64,000 nt of DNA from Tubulanus polymorphus (taxonomy: Eukaryota; Animalia; Nemertea): the NCBI RefSeq assembly GCF_964204645.1, contig NW_027437437.1:1-64000 (forward strand), written 5' to 3'. Of this stretch, positions 36,734-49,663 are shown piece after piece. A program made the translations under genes and the position numbers. Below the pieces are notes generated by a model that was given only the letters and a program-made list of their open reading frames with translations, made no database searches and was not told where the DNA came from. Every line of letters starts with the position of its first letter. Within the stretch, counting starts at the first letter, position 1.

Positions 36734-37121
36734 AGTAATAGGGGTAATGGGCTTTCATACCAAAGGTCGAAAGGTCGAGCTCATTAAAAACAAAACATTA
36801 AAAGTAATTTAAAACTATAATATATTTTCATAACCGTGTACATTTTATATTATAACTAAATATTTATTCTAAGATATCAATAATTTAAAAAGCATATTGT
36901 ATTAAATCAATTGGTCGCGGAGCGGAGCGGTAGCGAAGCGAAATTGATTTATTTACAATACACAAATTCATATAATCAAATATAATCAAATAATAATAAT
37001 ATTCAACTGAAATACACACGGTTATGAAAATATATTATAGTTTTAAATTACTTTTAATGTTTTGTTTTTAATGAACTCGACCATTCAACCTTTAACCTGA
37101 AAGCCCATTACCCCTATTACT
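36734..37121. repeat. Left terminal palindrome (388 bp) centred near 36927
   Basis: ~107-bp outer arms, inner stem 36895-36912 / 36942-36960, GC-rich tip. Confidence 0.9.
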
Positions 37122-37200
37122 CTTAAAATATCCATATATATGAATAAAATATAAATGAATAACTTCTAAAATCAATTTTAATAAAAAATTTAGTATTAAA

Positions 37201-40200
37201 ATGGAAGCAAATAAGTACTACTGTCCAACATGTAATATCAATGTAGATAAATCCCAAAAATCAAGACACAATAAAACTAAAACACATTTAGAGAATAAAT
37301 TGAAACTAGAATATAAAGATGATATATTAGAAACTAAATTAGATGAATTAAAGAATGAAAAAGAAACATACAAATGTGATACATGTAATCAATCATTCAG
37401 TGATAAAAGATATTATAATGAACATTTAAAATCTAAAAGTCATATTAGAAATAAGAATAATGATATTTTAGGCGAAGATTATTTTGATAAAGATAATGAT
37501 AAGAAACAGAAGACAATTAAAAGCATAAAAAATAAATTAAACAATAAAAGACCATACATGGAAGATGTAAGAAATTATATTAATTCATTAGATAATAAAA
37601 AAGATATAGAGATAACCGAAGCATTTAAAAGTGATATTGGCCCAGCAGCTATCGAGTTTAAATTTCATAAAGGAAAAACATTAGAAGAAAATAAAAAACA
37701 TTTAGAAAATATGAAAGAAATAATAAAAATAATTACTGATGTCGAATATCCTAAAATAAGTATTTCACCAAAAGTAAAGTTTATAAAATCTGAAGATAAA
37801 CCAATATATAATATAAATTCTCATTCACAACATATTATATCTAAACAACATATAGATGATAAATTAGATAAATGTTATAATGAAGTAAAAACTAAAATAG
37901 AAGAGAAATATTTTGAAGGATCTGGTTTAATATTTGATGAAATAATATTTATGACTTTACATGTTTATAACACAAAATATAATAAGTTAACTAAATCAAA
38001 ACCAATAGATGAAAATAATGTATCATATTATAAAGAACCAGATATTGAAGCATCGAGTTATATCAAACTACCATTTAAAACTAATGCTGTTATAAATGTA
38101 CAAAATGAAGATGATAAATGTTTTCTATGGACAATCATAAGTTGTTTACATCCAACAGAAGATATTACACATACTTATAGATTAACAAATTATAAACAAT
38201 TTGAAAATAATTATAAGATAGATAAGTATCCTGTTATAATAAAAAACATCCCAAAAATAGAAAGAGATAATAATTTAAGAATAAATGTATTTGATTTATT
38301 CAAATTACCAAATACAAAAGGTAACAATATAAAACATCATACATTAGAACCTTTATACCTATCAAAAGATTATGATTCAAATGATGTTATAGATATACTA
38401 TATTATGAGAATCATTATATGTGGATTAAACAAATCGATTTATTTTTTAAATCAGAAAATGATCACCATAAAATATATCTTTGTAGAAAATGTTTACATA
38501 AATTCAGTAATGAAAGTACATTATTAAATCATAAACAATTATGTGAAAATCATGATTATTGTAAATTAGTTTTACCAAATGAAAAGGATAAAATATTAGA
38601 ATTCAAAAAATATGATTACAAAAATAAAGTACCATTTGTTATATATGGAGATTTTGAATCATTAAATAAAGAACTAACTGATCAAGATAGAAAAGAAATA
38701 TATTATAAGAGAAAGAAATTAAATTCTAATGAAAATGATTTTTCAGATGAACCACCAAAAACAAATACTATTAAAAAGATTCATCAATCAGCTGCAGCTT
38801 TCGGGTTATATATTAAATCTGATTATCCAGAACTAATTGAAAGTGAATATTATCATTATAGAAATGAAAATGTTATCAATCATTTTTGTGACTTATTAAT
38901 TGAATATGAAATAAGATTTAGTAAATTATTGAATACAAATATAGTAATTATAATGACAGAAGAAGATAAAGAAGCATTTGCGTTTGCAGGTAAATGTTAT
39001 TATTGTGAAAAGACATTTAATTATAAAGATAAAAAAGTAAGAGACCATGATCATTTGAATGGAAAGTTTAGAGGCGCTGCACATGAGAATTGTAATTTAC
39101 AAGCTAAGAAAATTAATTTTGTACCAGTTATATTTCATAATCTATCAGGATATGATGCACATTTATTTATCAAACAGTTATGTCATAAAATAGAAGAAAT
39201 TAATAATGAAATAGAAAGATTAAATTCAAATAGATCAAAAGATAAAATACGAACTTATAAATTTAGAATGTTAGCTAAAACATCTGAGAATTATATATCA
39301 TTCCAATTTGGTTGCCTAAGATTTATAGATTCGTATAGATTTTTAAATAGTTCATTAGATAACTTATCAAAATCATTAGTTGATGATGAATTAAAGATAT
39401 TAAAACAACACTACCCAAATAATGATGATTTTCAATTAATGAGATATAAAGGAGCAATTCCATATTCATTTTATAAATCACATAATGATTTTAACATAAC
39501 TGAATTATTAAATGAACAATTCTATGATGAATTAAAAAATGAATATGTTAAAGATGAAGTATATAATAGAACATTGAATATTTGGAATCATTTCAAAATA
39601 GAAAATCATGGGCAATTCGTAGATTTATATCTAAAATCAGATGTATTATTATTAACCGATATATTCGAAAGGTTTAGAGATGTAAACCTAAAATATTTTA
39701 ACATTGATCCTTGTCATTGTTATTCATCACCAGGATTAACATGGGATTGTGGATTAAAATTTACAGATATAAAAATGGATTTGTTAACAAATATAGATCA
39801 ATTACTATTATTTGAAAAATCTATAAGAGGAGGAGTTTCAGGTGTATTAGGTGACAGATATTTCAATGTAAATGATAACCCTGGATATAAGTTATTATAT
39901 ATAGATGCAAATAATTTGTATGGTTGGACAATGATGGAACCACAACCATATGGAGTATTAGAAATAAGTGAAGTTTTACAGAATGAAAATAATGATAAAT
40001 TTGATTGGAAGAAAAGAATCCTAGATATTGCAGATGATTCAGATACTGGTTACTTCTTTGTTGTAGATTTAGAATATCCTGAACATATTAAATTTAAATC
40101 TAGACATCTAGCTTACTGCCCAGAACATAAAACTGTAACTCATGAAGAATTATCAAATTACCAAAAAAGAATTAAACCCGAAAATCATATTCATACAGAA

Positions 40201-41238
40201 AAGTTAATGGTAACTCAAGAAGATAAATATAATTATGTAGTACATTATAGAATGTTGAAGTTTTATTTGAATCAAGGAATGGTTCTAAAAAAAGTACATA
40301 GATATATTTCATTTAGTCAATCTAAATGGTTAGAAAAATATATAGATTTTAACACCAAACAGAGAACTGAAGCTAAAACTGATTTCGAAAAAGATTTCTT
40401 CAAGTTAATGAATAATGCATTCTATGGTAAGACTTGTGAAAATATTAGAAATAGAAATGATATTGAGTTAGTTAGTAATGGTAAAAGAATTAGACATTTA
40501 CAATCATATCCTAAGTTCATTGGTAACAGAATATTTGATGAAAATTTAGCTGCAGTTAAAATGAGAAGAACATCAATGAAATTTAATAAACCGATCTATG
40601 TTGGCGCTTCAGTTTTAGAAATATCAAAATTACTAATGTATGAATTCTATTATAATGTATTACAACCACTTTTTGGAGAAAAACATATAGAAATATTATA
40701 TTTTGATACCGACAGTTACATATTAAAGATAAAAACTGATAACATAACAGATGATTTAAAAACATTAAAACATCATTTTGATTTTAGTAACTATCCTAAA
40801 GATCATGAATTGTTTAGCAATGACAATAAAAAAGTTCCCGGTAAATTCAAAGATGAATTAGGTGGTGAAGAAATGATTGAATTCATTGGTATTAGATCTA
40901 AAATGTATTCATATAAAACTAAAGAACATGACGCTAAAAAGTTAAAAGGAATAACAAAAAGTATAGTAGAAAAGAATATTCATTTCAAAGATTACATCAA
41001 TTGTATATTCAATGAAGAAGTTAGAAAACATAAGATGAGATGTTTAAGATCTGAAGATCATGAAATGTTTATTGAAGAAATTGAAAAGATAAGTCTAAAC
41101 CCATTTGATGATAAAAGATATATTTTAGATGATGGAATTCATACAGTTGATTATGGTTGCAATGTAGATGAATACTTAAAATTTAAAAGAGAAGAAACAA
41201 AAGAGAACGAGATAATGAAAAGAATTCTAACGTGTTAA
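37201..41238 (+). CDS. pPolB, full length 1345 aa, with N-terminal C2H2 fingers and an endonuclease VII-like insert
   Basis: All Exo I-III and Pol A-C motifs; CYYC...VRDHDHLNGKFRGAAHENCN. Confidence 0.96.
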   Translation: MEANKYYCPTCNINVDKSQKSRHNKTKTHLENKLKLEYKDDILETKLDELKNEKETYKCDTCNQSFSDKRYYNEHLKSKSHIRNKNNDILGEDYFDKDNDKKQKTIKSIKNKLNNKRPYMEDVRNYINSLDNKKDIEITEAFKSDIGPAAIEFKFHKGKTLEENKKHLENMKEIIKIITDVEYPKISISPKVKFIKSEDKPIYNINSHSQHIISKQHIDDKLDKCYNEVKTKIEEKYFEGSGLIFDEIIFMTLHVYNTKYNKLTKSKPIDENNVSYYKEPDIEASSYIKLPFKTNAVINVQNEDDKCFLWTIISCLHPTEDITHTYRLTNYKQFENNYKIDKYPVIIKNIPKIERDNNLRINVFDLFKLPNTKGNNIKHHTLEPLYLSKDYDSNDVIDILYYENHYMWIKQIDLFFKSENDHHKIYLCRKCLHKFSNESTLLNHKQLCENHDYCKLVLPNEKDKILEFKKYDYKNKVPFVIYGDFESLNKELTDQDRKEIYYKRKKLNSNENDFSDEPPKTNTIKKIHQSAAAFGLYIKSDYPELIESEYYHYRNENVINHFCDLLIEYEIRFSKLLNTNIVIIMTEEDKEAFAFAGKCYYCEKTFNYKDKKVRDHDHLNGKFRGAAHENCNLQAKKINFVPVIFHNLSGYDAHLFIKQLCHKIEEINNEIERLNSNRSKDKIRTYKFRMLAKTSENYISFQFGCLRFIDSYRFLNSSLDNLSKSLVDDELKILKQHYPNNDDFQLMRYKGAIPYSFYKSHNDFNITELLNEQFYDELKNEYVKDEVYNRTLNIWNHFKIENHGQFVDLYLKSDVLLLTDIFERFRDVNLKYFNIDPCHCYSSPGLTWDCGLKFTDIKMDLLTNIDQLLLFEKSIRGGVSGVLGDRYFNVNDNPGYKLLYIDANNLYGWTMMEPQPYGVLEISEVLQNENNDKFDWKKRILDIADDSDTGYFFVVDLEYPEHIKFKSRHLAYCPEHKTVTHEELSNYQKRIKPENHIHTEKLMVTQEDKYNYVVHYRMLKFYLNQGMVLKKVHRYISFSQSKWLEKYIDFNTKQRTEAKTDFEKDFFKLMNNAFYGKTCENIRNRNDIELVSNGKRIRHLQSYPKFIGNRIFDENLAAVKMRRTSMKFNKPIYVGASVLEISKLLMYEFYYNVLQPLFGEKHIEILYFDTDSYILKIKTDNITDDLKTLKHHFDFSNYPKDHELFSNDNKKVPGKFKDELGGEEMIEFIGIRSKMYSYKTKEHDAKKLKGITKSIVEKNIHFKDYINCIFNEEVRKHKMRCLRSEDHEMFIEEIEKISLNPFDDKRYILDDGIHTVDYGCNVDEYLKFKREETKENEIMKRILTC

Positions 41239-41267
41239 TCAAATTTTAATAAAAATATGTTATTAAG

Positions 41268-41621
41268 ATGGAGAGTAAACAAGCGAACAGTGAGAAAAAC
41301 AAATTATTTCTAGATAGAATAAAAGATACTACAAATATAAAATCTGTAGATTATAAGTTCAAAAAGTTAACAGAATTAACAATCCATAAGAAATATCTAA
41401 TTACAAATATTGATACAGTTACTAATAACTATGGAGATAAATTAGTTATACACATTGAATATGAAGGATTAAAAGGAAATACATAGTAATTCAGAACATA
41501 TTTACCGGATAGATTTCATAGATTATCAAGTGAAGACTTAGAAGAATTATGTTCTGGAGATTTCTATTTCGTATACAAAGGTAAGAATGAAAAAGGGCAC
41601 CATGAAATAGATTTCGAATAA
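41268..41621 (+). pseudogene. Small conserved protein (copy of 3424-3777)
   Basis: Same sequence and stops as in copy A. Confidence 0.55.
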
Positions 41622-41638
41622 GAAAATATGTAAAATAA

Positions 41639-42903
41639 ATGGCGGAATTAAAAGAATACAGAAAATTTGTTGATTCTAGAAGACTTACAAATTATAAATC
41701 ACATAATTTACTAGTACAATTAGATAGAGAATTCAAGAATTGTGTAGACTTAAAATTAGTTAATATAAGTTTATGTAATTCCTTTTACAATATATCGAAT
41801 AAAACTATTGAACATAGAGCCCTTTTTAATTTTTAATAAGAATAAAAATGAATGGGCCTATATATATTTGAAACAAGGGTTATATAATTTAGATACATTA
41901 GCACAAGAAATTAATAGAAAAGCCTGGCACAAATTAGGTAGTAGTTCTGGGTTTAGTGTAACCGGCTGGTTGTTGTATCGGCAGGCTGGCTGGGGAACTA
42001 GCATTTACACCAGCGGTACAGGATTCCATCCATCAGGAACAACAAGGCAGTTAAACCTTATATGTACAATCTTTATTGCATCCCGGAATGAGAATGATTA
42101 TCATAGCTTTACATAGTCTTTATATACAGAATCATGAGTATAATGTGAGAATTAGGTGTCAGACAAGTTGTAGACATCAGGACTCACAAACAAACACCTA
42201 GTGACATGTTTGAGAGACATTAATTAATTATCGATGAGCACTGACTATAGCTAATTATTGTGAAAACATATTGAGTAATGTCACATGTTGATTACGACCT
42301 TAAAGCACATATTGACACTATAGTCATAAGTTATATTATATTATTATTATTATTATTATTATGTAGTAGTAGAGCTATGAAATGTTATGAACTGTTCGAT
42401 ATGACATTGTAGATCTATATGATTACGAAATATGCAAATTATATCAGGGTGACATTAGTATTAGATTTTTAAAAAGTGAGAGTTCTGATAGAATAAAGAT
42501 AAGGTTGTCTAATAGTGAAAAACATAAATTTATGGTAAAAAAACCTATAGCTAAACTGTTAGGAATTCTTCCAGATAGATCTTTTACAAATATTGACGCT
42601 ACTACACCAAACTTAATACCTTACACACATTTTTATATTTATTGCAATTTAATCGATCCTACAAAAACATTCGAAGCAACTAAAGATATAACTTGTAATT
42701 CTGGTTTATTAAACATTTTACCATTGAAGAATGTTAAAGAATTTGGAATGCAAATAAATTATAATTTAACAGAATGTGATTTCAAACCATGCATTCCTCG
42801 TTTTAATAATTTTAGATTAGAAATTAGAAATCATAATGGATACTTAATTGATTTAAATAATTTCCCTGTAATTTATGAATTAGTTATAAGATGTAGAGAG
42901 TAA
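41639..42903 (+). pseudogene. Putative penton disrupted by frameshift and solo LTR
   Basis: Same as 3795-5059. Confidence 0.75.
41957..42454 (-). mobile_element. Solo LTR with TTAG TSD
   Basis: Same as 4113-4610. Confidence 0.8.
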
Positions 42904-42920
42904 TTTTTTTCACTATATAA

Positions 42921-43262
42921 ATGAATATAACTGTTGGACCGAGTATATGTTTTGGGTTTGATTTTAAACATGGTAAAGAAATGAGAATTAAACTAAATGA
43001 TGTAATTACTGATATAAAAAGTAAATCATTTAAAAATGCATCAATGATTGATAAAGAAAATTATAATATAGAAAAAGTAATTGATTTAATTAAAACGCCT
43101 TTAGAATATTATGAATTAAATGAAGATGGAATTATTGAAGATATCAAAAACATATTATCCAAAATATATGATAATCATCAAAGTAGTAATGAAATAAATG
43201 TTGAATTAATCATAAATAAGATAACTAAATATTTTGAAGATAGTAATTTTTTTGATAAATAA
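42921..43262 (+). CDS. Hypothetical Polinton protein (113 aa)
   Basis: Same as 5077-5418. Confidence 0.7.
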   Translation: MNITVGPSICFGFDFKHGKEMRIKLNDVITDIKSKSFKNASMIDKENYNIEKVIDLIKTPLEYYELNEDGIIEDIKNILSKIYDNHQSSNEINVELIINKITKYFEDSNFFDK

Positions 43263-43485
43263 ATGAGTGATAATAAGTGGATAATAACTGGATTATATAA
43301 TGGAGCATTACTATCAGTTGGAACTGTTGGTTATTCAATGGTATTAAAAAAAAGTATTCAAAATGGGAAGTGTTAATGTTGATAGATTAGACATCAATGA
43401 TATTTTAAAATTAACATAAGCAGTTACTCTATCTAATTTAACTATTGATTATTTAGAAAAACAAAAATATATTCCTCCCATATAA
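43263..43485 (+). pseudogene. Small hydrophobic protein, disrupted
   Basis: Same as 5419-5641. Confidence 0.7.
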
Positions 43486-43510
43486 ATGCATAATTTTTTT
43501 TGCTAAATAA

Positions 43511-43933
43511 ATGGCTTCTGCAATTATAACTATTATAGGATCGGCAATTGTTAACGCTTTGGCATTTACTGGTGGTGGATATTTATTTAAACATATTGAT
43601 AAAAATAGTTCATTAGGAGAACAAAGAAGACATAACTTAGCGTTAGAGAAATACAATAAAGCTGCAGAAGAATATAGAGAAAAAAGACAAAACTATATGG
43701 ATTACATCAATAAAGAATTATATGATCAGAAGATTTCACATAGAGATTTTCAATCAGTTGATGATGCAATGAGTTTATATAACGCGGTAACAAATAAAGA
43801 AAAATTACATCTATACAAACCTAAATTATCAGATTATTATACCCCTAGTAAAGAACAACAGAAATATGAAATAATTTGGATTTTAGGCGGAACAGTTATT
43901 GTTATATTTGTAGCATATAAATTTACTAATTAG
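43511..43933 (+). CDS. Conserved 140-aa membrane protein
   Basis: Same as 5667-6089. Confidence 0.8.
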   Translation: MASAIITIIGSAIVNALAFTGGGYLFKHIDKNSSLGEQRRHNLALEKYNKAAEEYREKRQNYMDYINKELYDQKISHRDFQSVDDAMSLYNAVTNKEKLHLYKPKLSDYYTPSKEQQKYEIIWILGGTVIVIFVAYKFTN

Positions 43934-43953
43934 TAATTTTTATTTCTAATTAA

Positions 43954-44384
43954 ATGGAAGATAAAGTTGACAATATTGATATTATTCCTCATGATATAAA
44001 TAAAACTAAATTAAAAACATATTTAGATAAACAAATATTAGAATTTGAAAGTGACTTAAAGATAAAAAAGAAAAAATATTTAAAAGTAAAATTATATATC
44101 TTATTATAAGTGGTTCGGTTACAATTAGTTCTGTAATAACATTTCTAGCAATATTCAGTCCATTAACACCTTTAGCTATATCAATTGGTGTGTTAGGATT
44201 AAGTTCAAGTGTTTTAACTGGTATAAGTTCAAAATTGAATATAAAAAGTAATAAAGAAAAAATTAAAACTAATATAAAAGAAATTAATAAATTAAAGAAT
44301 ACACTAGATTATATAATAAGTTTAAATGGTCATATAACAGTTGAAGAACAAGATAAATTATTAAAAGAATTAATAAATTATTAA
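43954..44384 (+). pseudogene. Two-TM protein, frameshifted
   Basis: Same as 6110-6540. Confidence 0.7.
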
Positions 44385-44400
44385 TTTTTTAATTATATAA

Positions 44401-45785
44401 ATGGCAGACAGTTTTCCAAAAGCTTTCCAATATAATAAATCAATTAAATATAATATTCCAGCAATAGATTTTAATAAAGATATTACATATAGAAATGAAG
44501 TTTTAGATTCATTAACTAATTTAGAAATTTATGTTACTGAAACTAATAATTTTAATGCAAAGATGGAAAATATATTACATGTATATTTAATTAATTTTGA
44601 AAAATTGAAAGATGAAAAACAATGGTTATTAAAATCTAATATGAAGTATTGGCAGAACCAATTAAATCTTGCTGTTTATTGTGCAACAACAGGATGTGGA
44701 ATTAGTTGGAATGATCATTTGAATAATTCTAAATATAAATTAATTCAAAGTTTATTTAGATTTCATACATACTTTCAAATCAGAATAATATTAAATGAAG
44801 TAGAGTGCGCTTTACCAGGATCTAGATATTTTAAAGAATTAGATAATAATATTAATTTATCAAAGTTTTATAAAATTTGTAATGAATTTAATATAGATAT
44901 AAATAATTCTGATTTTAGAACAAAAATTGGAACAATAAGATCACTTCCTTGCCCTAAAAAGATTGCTGAATATTGTGCACTTCCCATACCATCTAATAGT
45001 TTGTATAATATCTATAGTAATAAATTAGGTTATGGTAAAATAGAAACTAAGGATTTAGAAACATTAAATTTCAATAAATTACCGACATTTTATGATAATT
45101 TAAAACAAGAAAACAATAATGGTTGGGTTTATTTCATTTTAGAAAATAATGAAGGTTTTACAAAATCAGGTATACAAAGAATCAATCTATTAGAACTTAT
45201 TTGATATGTATTCTAGGTGCACAAGTTGAAACAAGATCACCGATAATTGGAAATTTAAATACATCATTCGATACACAAAAACAATTTAAAGTTTTATTTG
45301 AAGATTCCATACATAATGATAAAAATAGATCGATTCCAGAAAACATTGTAAGATATCAAAATTATTTAGATAAATCACATATTAGATTAAATTATTGTAT
45401 AGGCCCTAATCTATTAATTATTTCTAACGATTTAGTACTAAAGATGGGAAACATAATTGGTTATAATAATCTAATTAAAACTGCAACAATAAATAATCCA
45501 TTTGGGTTAAATGATATAAATAAAAAGATTATTACTGCTCCAAAATTAATGGAAGGTGAAAAAAATAAAAAACACATTCAATCAACTGAAACTAAAACTA
45601 ATAATATTACATTAAATAATGATTCTAAAATAAAAGATTACAATACATCAGAAAATATAAGAACTGATATTATTCAACATGATATAATTAAAACTAATGA
45701 TGATAATAAATCCCATGAAAATGCTAAATTAGCTATAACTTGTATAGGAATTGTAATCGGAGGAATATTATATTTTAAATTTTAA
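44401..45785 (+). pseudogene. WQNQLN-motif membrane-anchored protein, frameshifted
   Basis: Same as 6557-7941. Confidence 0.75.
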
Positions 45786-45801
45786 TTTTTTTATTATATA
45801 A

Positions 45802-47521
45802 ATGGATGTAGAAGGTGGAGAAGATATTCCATTGGATCCTTTAGATGAACCTGGTATAAGTGATGAACAACAACCTGATTTTAGTGAAACAAGTTTTAAT
45901 GACGGTAATGAGCCAGAATATAATACTAATTTAGGTGAAGATGATGATTATGATGATGATTATGATGGAATTAATTCCGAATTACGTGAAAAATTAAATA
46001 AATATTTAAAAGCTCCTGAAAGTGGTAGAATTTCAACTAGAAGAGAAAGAAAAGAATTTATGGAACTATTAGAAAAACAACAAGAAAAATATCCTGATAA
46101 ACCTATGGAATTATATAGAATGAAATCTAGAGTAACAGATACAATTGTTAACGAATTATTACCAAAAGTTGTAATAGATGAAATTGATACTGAAGATGTT
46201 GTAGAACAAATTTCAAGATGACCCATATTTCACGAATAATTCAGAATTTAAAAATGATTCATGGTATTATAATCTTGAATTAAATAGGAATACTGTATCA
46301 ATTCAATTATCTAGAATGGGTCAAGAAAATATTTTTGAACCTGGAATGCGAGCATTATCTACAATTGAAGATTCAAAAGGTGGTAGAGAATTTCTCAGAA
46401 TTATATGGAATGCAATCGATAGAATAAATGAAGAAGAACCAATTCCTAATATTGATATAAACAAATATTCACCATTTAAAAATCCAAATCCAAATCCTAC
46501 TGATCTTGATCCAGAAACTGATGAAGATTTTGCAAATCGATTAGATAAATTAAGATCTTCAACGCCCGAAACATCGAGAAGAGACACTCAACAAATTGAT
46601 AATGATTCAAGTCAATTACAATTAACATTTGAAAAACAAATTGATAGATTAAGAGATTCAGAAGAACTGATGAATAGTATATCAGATACATCTGGTTCTG
46701 AAACTGGAATAAATCGAATACAATCTTTACTAGAAAAAGGATTACTTGATTTAACTGATGATGAATTAGAAGCATTTCCTGAACAAGCACGTAGAGAAAT
46801 TAAAGGTATGCAAGAATCAGCTGGTGAAATTGCTAATACTAAGATGAGATTTTCTAAAATAACCATGTTAGAAAAAGAATTAACTAATGCAAATGAAGAA
46901 TTAAAACAATTAGAATTAAATAGAGATCTTCAATTAATCGAGGAAGCTGATTATGAAAGCAGAAAGTTAGCTTTAGAAAAAGAAATAGATGATTTAAAAT
47001 ATAACAAAGAATTACAGGAAAAAGAAAGAGATACATTATTAAAATCATATGATCTTAATCATATTAAAAAATTAAAAGTTATTTTTAAAGATTTGTTGAT
47101 AAAACCAGATTCTAAAATATCATTGAAAGATAGAATAAAGTTATTATTTAAATTAGAAAGAATAACAATTCTTTCAATTCTAACAGCTGTAACTATGTTA
47201 TTTACAACAATTGGTTTAGCAATATCAAATGCTTTAAAATCTACGCCTACTCCCAATAAACCGGATAAACCCCCAGATAATAGTTCTATACAAGATAAAG
47301 TTAAAGATAGTTTAAAGAAATTAGCAAAATATTTATGGGAACTATCTAAAAAATCTGCTGCAGCTTTACCAGGAATTATTGCATCAATTGTTGGTTTTAT
47401 ATTGAAATCTGCAGGAAACATTATTAACTTTGCTGCTGAACATATTATTTTATTTTTAATTACAGTTGTAAGTGCTATTATTTTTGGGTTAGTGAATATG
47501 ATATCAAAAAATATCAAGTAA
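45802..47521 (+). pseudogene. Coiled-coil membrane protein, frameshifted
   Basis: Same as 7958-9677, with one P/L difference. Confidence 0.75.
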
Positions 47522-47561
47522 ACATGATAAAAAATAAATAATTAATTTTTTTGTTAAATAA

Positions 47562-48809
47562 ATGAGTGGGAGTTATATAAGTCCTTCTAAGATTTCTAGA
47601 ATATCTAATGCTATTAAAGCAGAAAGATCACATCATATAATTACACATAATCCTTCTAACATTAATCCTGATGAAACTTTATATGTTAGAATTCCTCGAT
47701 TAACATAAAATACTTTTTATGTTCCAAATAGTATTTATTTATCAGCCGATATAAAAGTAATCGGTAATAATAATAATTATGTTGTTGATAATGTTGGAAG
47801 GTATTTGATTAAAAAGTTAACAATAAAGATTGGTCCAGAAACAGTTTTCTCATTAGATGATTATAATTTATTTATGCATTATAAAGATTTATGGTTAACT
47901 AAAGAAAATAGAAATAATATGATATTTCAAGGCATCCAATCAGAAAACCAAAATAAATTAAGATCAGAAGCTAATAGCGCAATATTAACTAATGCTGTAG
48001 ATAAATTGATAAAAAGTATATATGGAAGCAAATATAAAATTCCATTGGACTTTGAATTGATAAATAACAATGCACCTTTATATAAATACGCAATTCAAGA
48101 AGACGTTATATTCGAAATAACATTTGCTCCTGTTAATGAAATTGTAATATCTAGCGTTAATAAAGATATGAGTTATAAATTATCGAATATATGTTTCGAA
48201 TATGATACAGTAACTGATGAAAATATTTCAAGTATAATTCAAACTCAATACAATCAAGGAGTTTCATTATTATATGATTATATTGATAAATTTAAAACCG
48301 TAACTATTAATGCAAATGATGAAATTATTAATGAGAATATTAACTTCCCAAGAAGATCTATTAAAGGTATATTAATATTTTTTACCATTGCAACATATAC
48401 TAATTGTGCAATAAATGTTGATAATTATTATAATCCTGAAATAACAAAAGTAGAAATAACTATCGAAGGAATAGCAAATAAAACATTTTGTCAAGGAATG
48501 AGAATGATAGATCAATGGCCAGAAATTAGAAAACATTTTATGAATGAAAAAGTAAAATCATTTGAAAATTGTAATATTAATCAAATTGATTATTATACCG
48601 GTAATAAATATGCGTTATGGTTAGATTTTAGAACAACAGAGGATAATTCATTACATGGTTCTGGAAAAAAATTACAGAACACTAAAGATGGAATACAATT
48701 ATTCATGACAAAGAAAAGAGGAGACAAAAATTTTAAAATGCACATTTATATTATATCTGACGCGCAATTAAATATTGTAAATTCACAATTACATAGTGTT
48801 ATGTATTAA
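47562..48809 (+). pseudogene. Putative major capsid protein, nonsense codon at 47706-47708
   Basis: Same as 9718-10965. Confidence 0.7.
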
Positions 48810-48841
48810 AATTTTAACTTTAATAAAAATATATATAATAA

Positions 48842-49663
48842 ATGGAAGGAGGTAAAGTATATAAACATATTCCATACATCGATACACATGAAAATAATGA
48901 TGGTTTATATTATGTAATACCTTGTAATATAGCTTTGATATTTGATCCTATTTTCAAAATTTATGAAACTAAACTAATAGAAATCGATAATAATAAAAGT
49001 GAAGTTGTTGATAATTTAAGTAATGTAATTGATAATAATGTAATACCTACTACAGTAATACCTACTACAGTAATACCTACTACATCTAATAATGTAATAC
49101 CTACTACATATAATAATGCAATAATATTAAATGTTAGTGAAAATAGAAATTATTGTGATTATTGTAAAGGTGAATTTTCAAACGCTCCATCAAATTGGAA
49201 TCAACATATGAATACAAATTCACATATTACTAATGTTATAGAACGTGTTGGTTTAAAAGAATTTATAGAACACCCATTTAGATATGTTACAAAGTTTGTT
49301 TCAAATCAAAAAGTAAATGGTAAAGAATTATATGAAGATTTTTTATTAGCAACACCTAATAAAGATGAATTAGATTTAACTGATGCTAATAAAATATTAG
49401 GATCAAACATTGTAAATGAAATATTAGGAGCAAACACTAAAAAAGATGATAATGAAAATGGTGCCGTATGGCACCCACATGGTGATATAGTTACAGATAT
49501 TGATATTAAAGATTATGTGGACACACTTTTGGTGAAAGATAAAGAAGAAACTTTTGATGATGCGGTAGAAAGGATGAATAAGTATAACAATAAAACAACT
49601 ATTGATGATGATACGGTAGAGAGTTTGAATAAATTGTTAGGGTCTGATAGTGAAAGTGATTAA
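48842..49663 (+). CDS. VIPTT-repeat zinc-finger protein
   Basis: Same as 10998-11819, with one R/C difference. Confidence 0.7.
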   Translation: MEGGKVYKHIPYIDTHENNDGLYYVIPCNIALIFDPIFKIYETKLIEIDNNKSEVVDNLSNVIDNNVIPTTVIPTTVIPTTSNNVIPTTYNNAIILNVSENRNYCDYCKGEFSNAPSNWNQHMNTNSHITNVIERVGLKEFIEHPFRYVTKFVSNQKVNGKELYEDFLLATPNKDELDLTDANKILGSNIVNEILGANTKKDDNENGAVWHPHGDIVTDIDIKDYVDTLLVKDKEETFDDAVERMNKYNNKTTIDDDTVESLNKLLGSDSESD

